Positions 62,379 through 64,000 of a DNA stretch of 64,000 nt are shown here, piece by piece. A program made the translations under genes and the position numbers. Under the pieces are notes generated by a model. The model did not search any database and was not told the origin of the DNA. It worked only from the letters and a program-made list of their open reading frames with translations. The first letter of the stretch is position 1, and each line of letters starts with the position of its first letter. This DNA comes from Heterodontus francisci (taxonomy: Eukaryota): contig NC_090381.1 in the NCBI RefSeq assembly GCF_036365525.1, forward strand, positions 85,553,257 through 85,617,256, written 5' to 3'.

Positions 62379-64000
62379 GTAGGAAATCTTCAAACACACA
62401 GATTCATTGCAACCGATGATTTCAAATTACACTCTGTTACAGACCGGGGAAATGGTGTGTGTGACTTTCACTTCTCACCTCTTAACTGAATTCAGATAGC
62501 TTTTGAAAAAATATAGTGTCTTATTCCCTGAGTGTTTTAAGCATCAAATAAACAAACCAAGGGCAGATTTTCTTGTCAGTTGAAAAGTAATGATAACTAT
62601 TTATTGAAACAACAATGTAAAATGTTTGCCAGCTCACTCACTCAATCAATCATACATGCACATGCACATGCACACACAAAAGAAAAGGTAGAGAGTAGAG
62701 GGTAGCATGCAATTGGAGTTCGATTGTTTTAAAGAGAATTCACTTTGAAACCTTCTTCGATTTCTGCGAGCGATTTTTAATTGCGTTGCAGGCCTGAATG
62801 TTCCTTGTCTTGGAAATGAAGCAGAGTCATTGACTCCTTTGGTTAAATGACAGTCTGAAGTTGGTGGCGGAAGTCAGGTTCAGTATCTTAGACGGGGGGG
62901 TTTTCACCGTCACCTTTCAATTTCTCTACCTCAGTAGTTTAAAGATAGTGCTTGCAGGGCTCCTTGCTCAGCTGGATTGATCTTACAGCTTCTCTTGCTG
63001 AATAATTTTCTGTCTCCCCCTCTCTCTCTGTGAAGTTACTTCTTTAAAGGTAAAAACTCACCAGGTTGTGGTTTCAGTCAGGTGATTCAAGACACTCTTC
63101 CCTGTGGTATTCGTACAATGTCCCAGGATGTGGGGACCATGGTTACAAAATGGCATCTGAATGTGATCCATTTTGATAAATAGGTGTTAATTTGCACCTA
63201 TTATCTTGACCTTGGCTTTGGAGTAATTCTGCCTGCAAAAGCCTTTGCGAGCCCAATCTTTGATGATAGGAGTCATTAACATGGAATGGGCTGTTTTACA
63301 TGTCAATGTGCCTTTTCAAGGCAATTCCAGATGTTAATAATGGACATGTCGTCAACAGACAAACATGTTGACTGGTAGAGCAGGACTAGATCACCTGACC
63401 TCACCCTCCCTGTTGCTGGGTAACAAAGTGTGAATTTTCTTTTAGCTTTGTTCAACGGCTACGTTTTCTCATATTCCTCCAGCTCATTTCATGTTTCAAC
63501 ACTGTTCTCTCTGTGAGCCTGGTAACTCCATCTAAAAGCTCTCAATGCCCTGCAGAATCGCGATGACTTTAAGCAAAGTCGTTCGTGCACCTGAATAATT
63601 GAACAATCAGTGTCTCCCTGCTATATTCTGTGCCGCAGTGCAATAGGGATGTTCCGATTGCAGAATATTTGAATCATAGGATGGCTACAGCACAGAAGGA
63701 GGCCATTTGGCCCATCATGCCTGTGCCAGCTGTCTGCAGGAGCAACTCAGCAATACGATATCAGTTGAGGTAAATCAAACAGTTCCTCTGAAATTGCAAG
63801 TAGGGTTCACAATATCTGCTCAGAGCCTTATGATGTGCATCTCCAGCCATGCACTTATTCAATGCTCCTGTCATTTAACATAAATTGGGGCAGGAACATT
63901 GTGGTTGCTGACGGCAAGAGAGGAAAGTCATTTGTCAATAGCTTCCATACATTAATAAGTTTATGTGCCAGTTTTAGGTTGGAAAACAAAACACCAGTAA

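Larger units (their letters stand above)
51235..64000. repeat. 2581-bp tandem repeat (exon A, 568-bp intron, exon B, about 1761-bp intron), highly homogeneous
   Basis: A exon starts at 51235, 53816, 56397, 58978 and 61559 (spacing 2581); the same ORFs recur in the ORF track at this period. Confidence 0.95.

Noticed and set aside
4514-64000. CRISPR-like, satellite or V(D)J-like segment array
   Set aside because: Units are exon-intron modules of 0.45-2.6 kb with GT-AG ends; there are no unique spacers or cas genes, and I saw no recombination signal sequences.
1-64000. Assigning a gene symbol (for example MUC13, HEG1, ADGRE, UMODL1, FBN)
   Set aside because: No diagnostic SEA, GAIN, ZP, TB or transmembrane domain is visible in the window.

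Overview
This is eukaryotic (vertebrate) genomic DNA, probably from a cartilaginous fish, inferred from an HE1-type tRNA SINE and HER1-type CR1 LINEs. Most of the window is one or two + strand genes built from two tandem arrays of symmetric phase-1 exons. (1) About 31 Pro/Thr/Ser-rich mucin exons of 177-210 nt lie at 1-23643, separated by three interchangeable intron types of about 250-280 bp. (2) At least 15 calcium-binding EGF exons of 126 nt lie at 43228-62378 in a 2581-bp two-exon unit that runs off the window end. Several exon copies have lost, gained or swapped splice sites. Between and inside the arrays are decayed transposons: CR1, RTE and Tx1-like LINEs, a second CR1/L2-group LINE, Harbinger transposase and MITE remnants, a SINE, and Penelope-like fragments carrying minimal hammerhead-ribozyme motifs. 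A captured DGKQ-like exon-plus-intron fragment is fused to an RTE copy. No start codon, signal peptide or C-terminus of the host gene is visible, so the gene is left unnamed.
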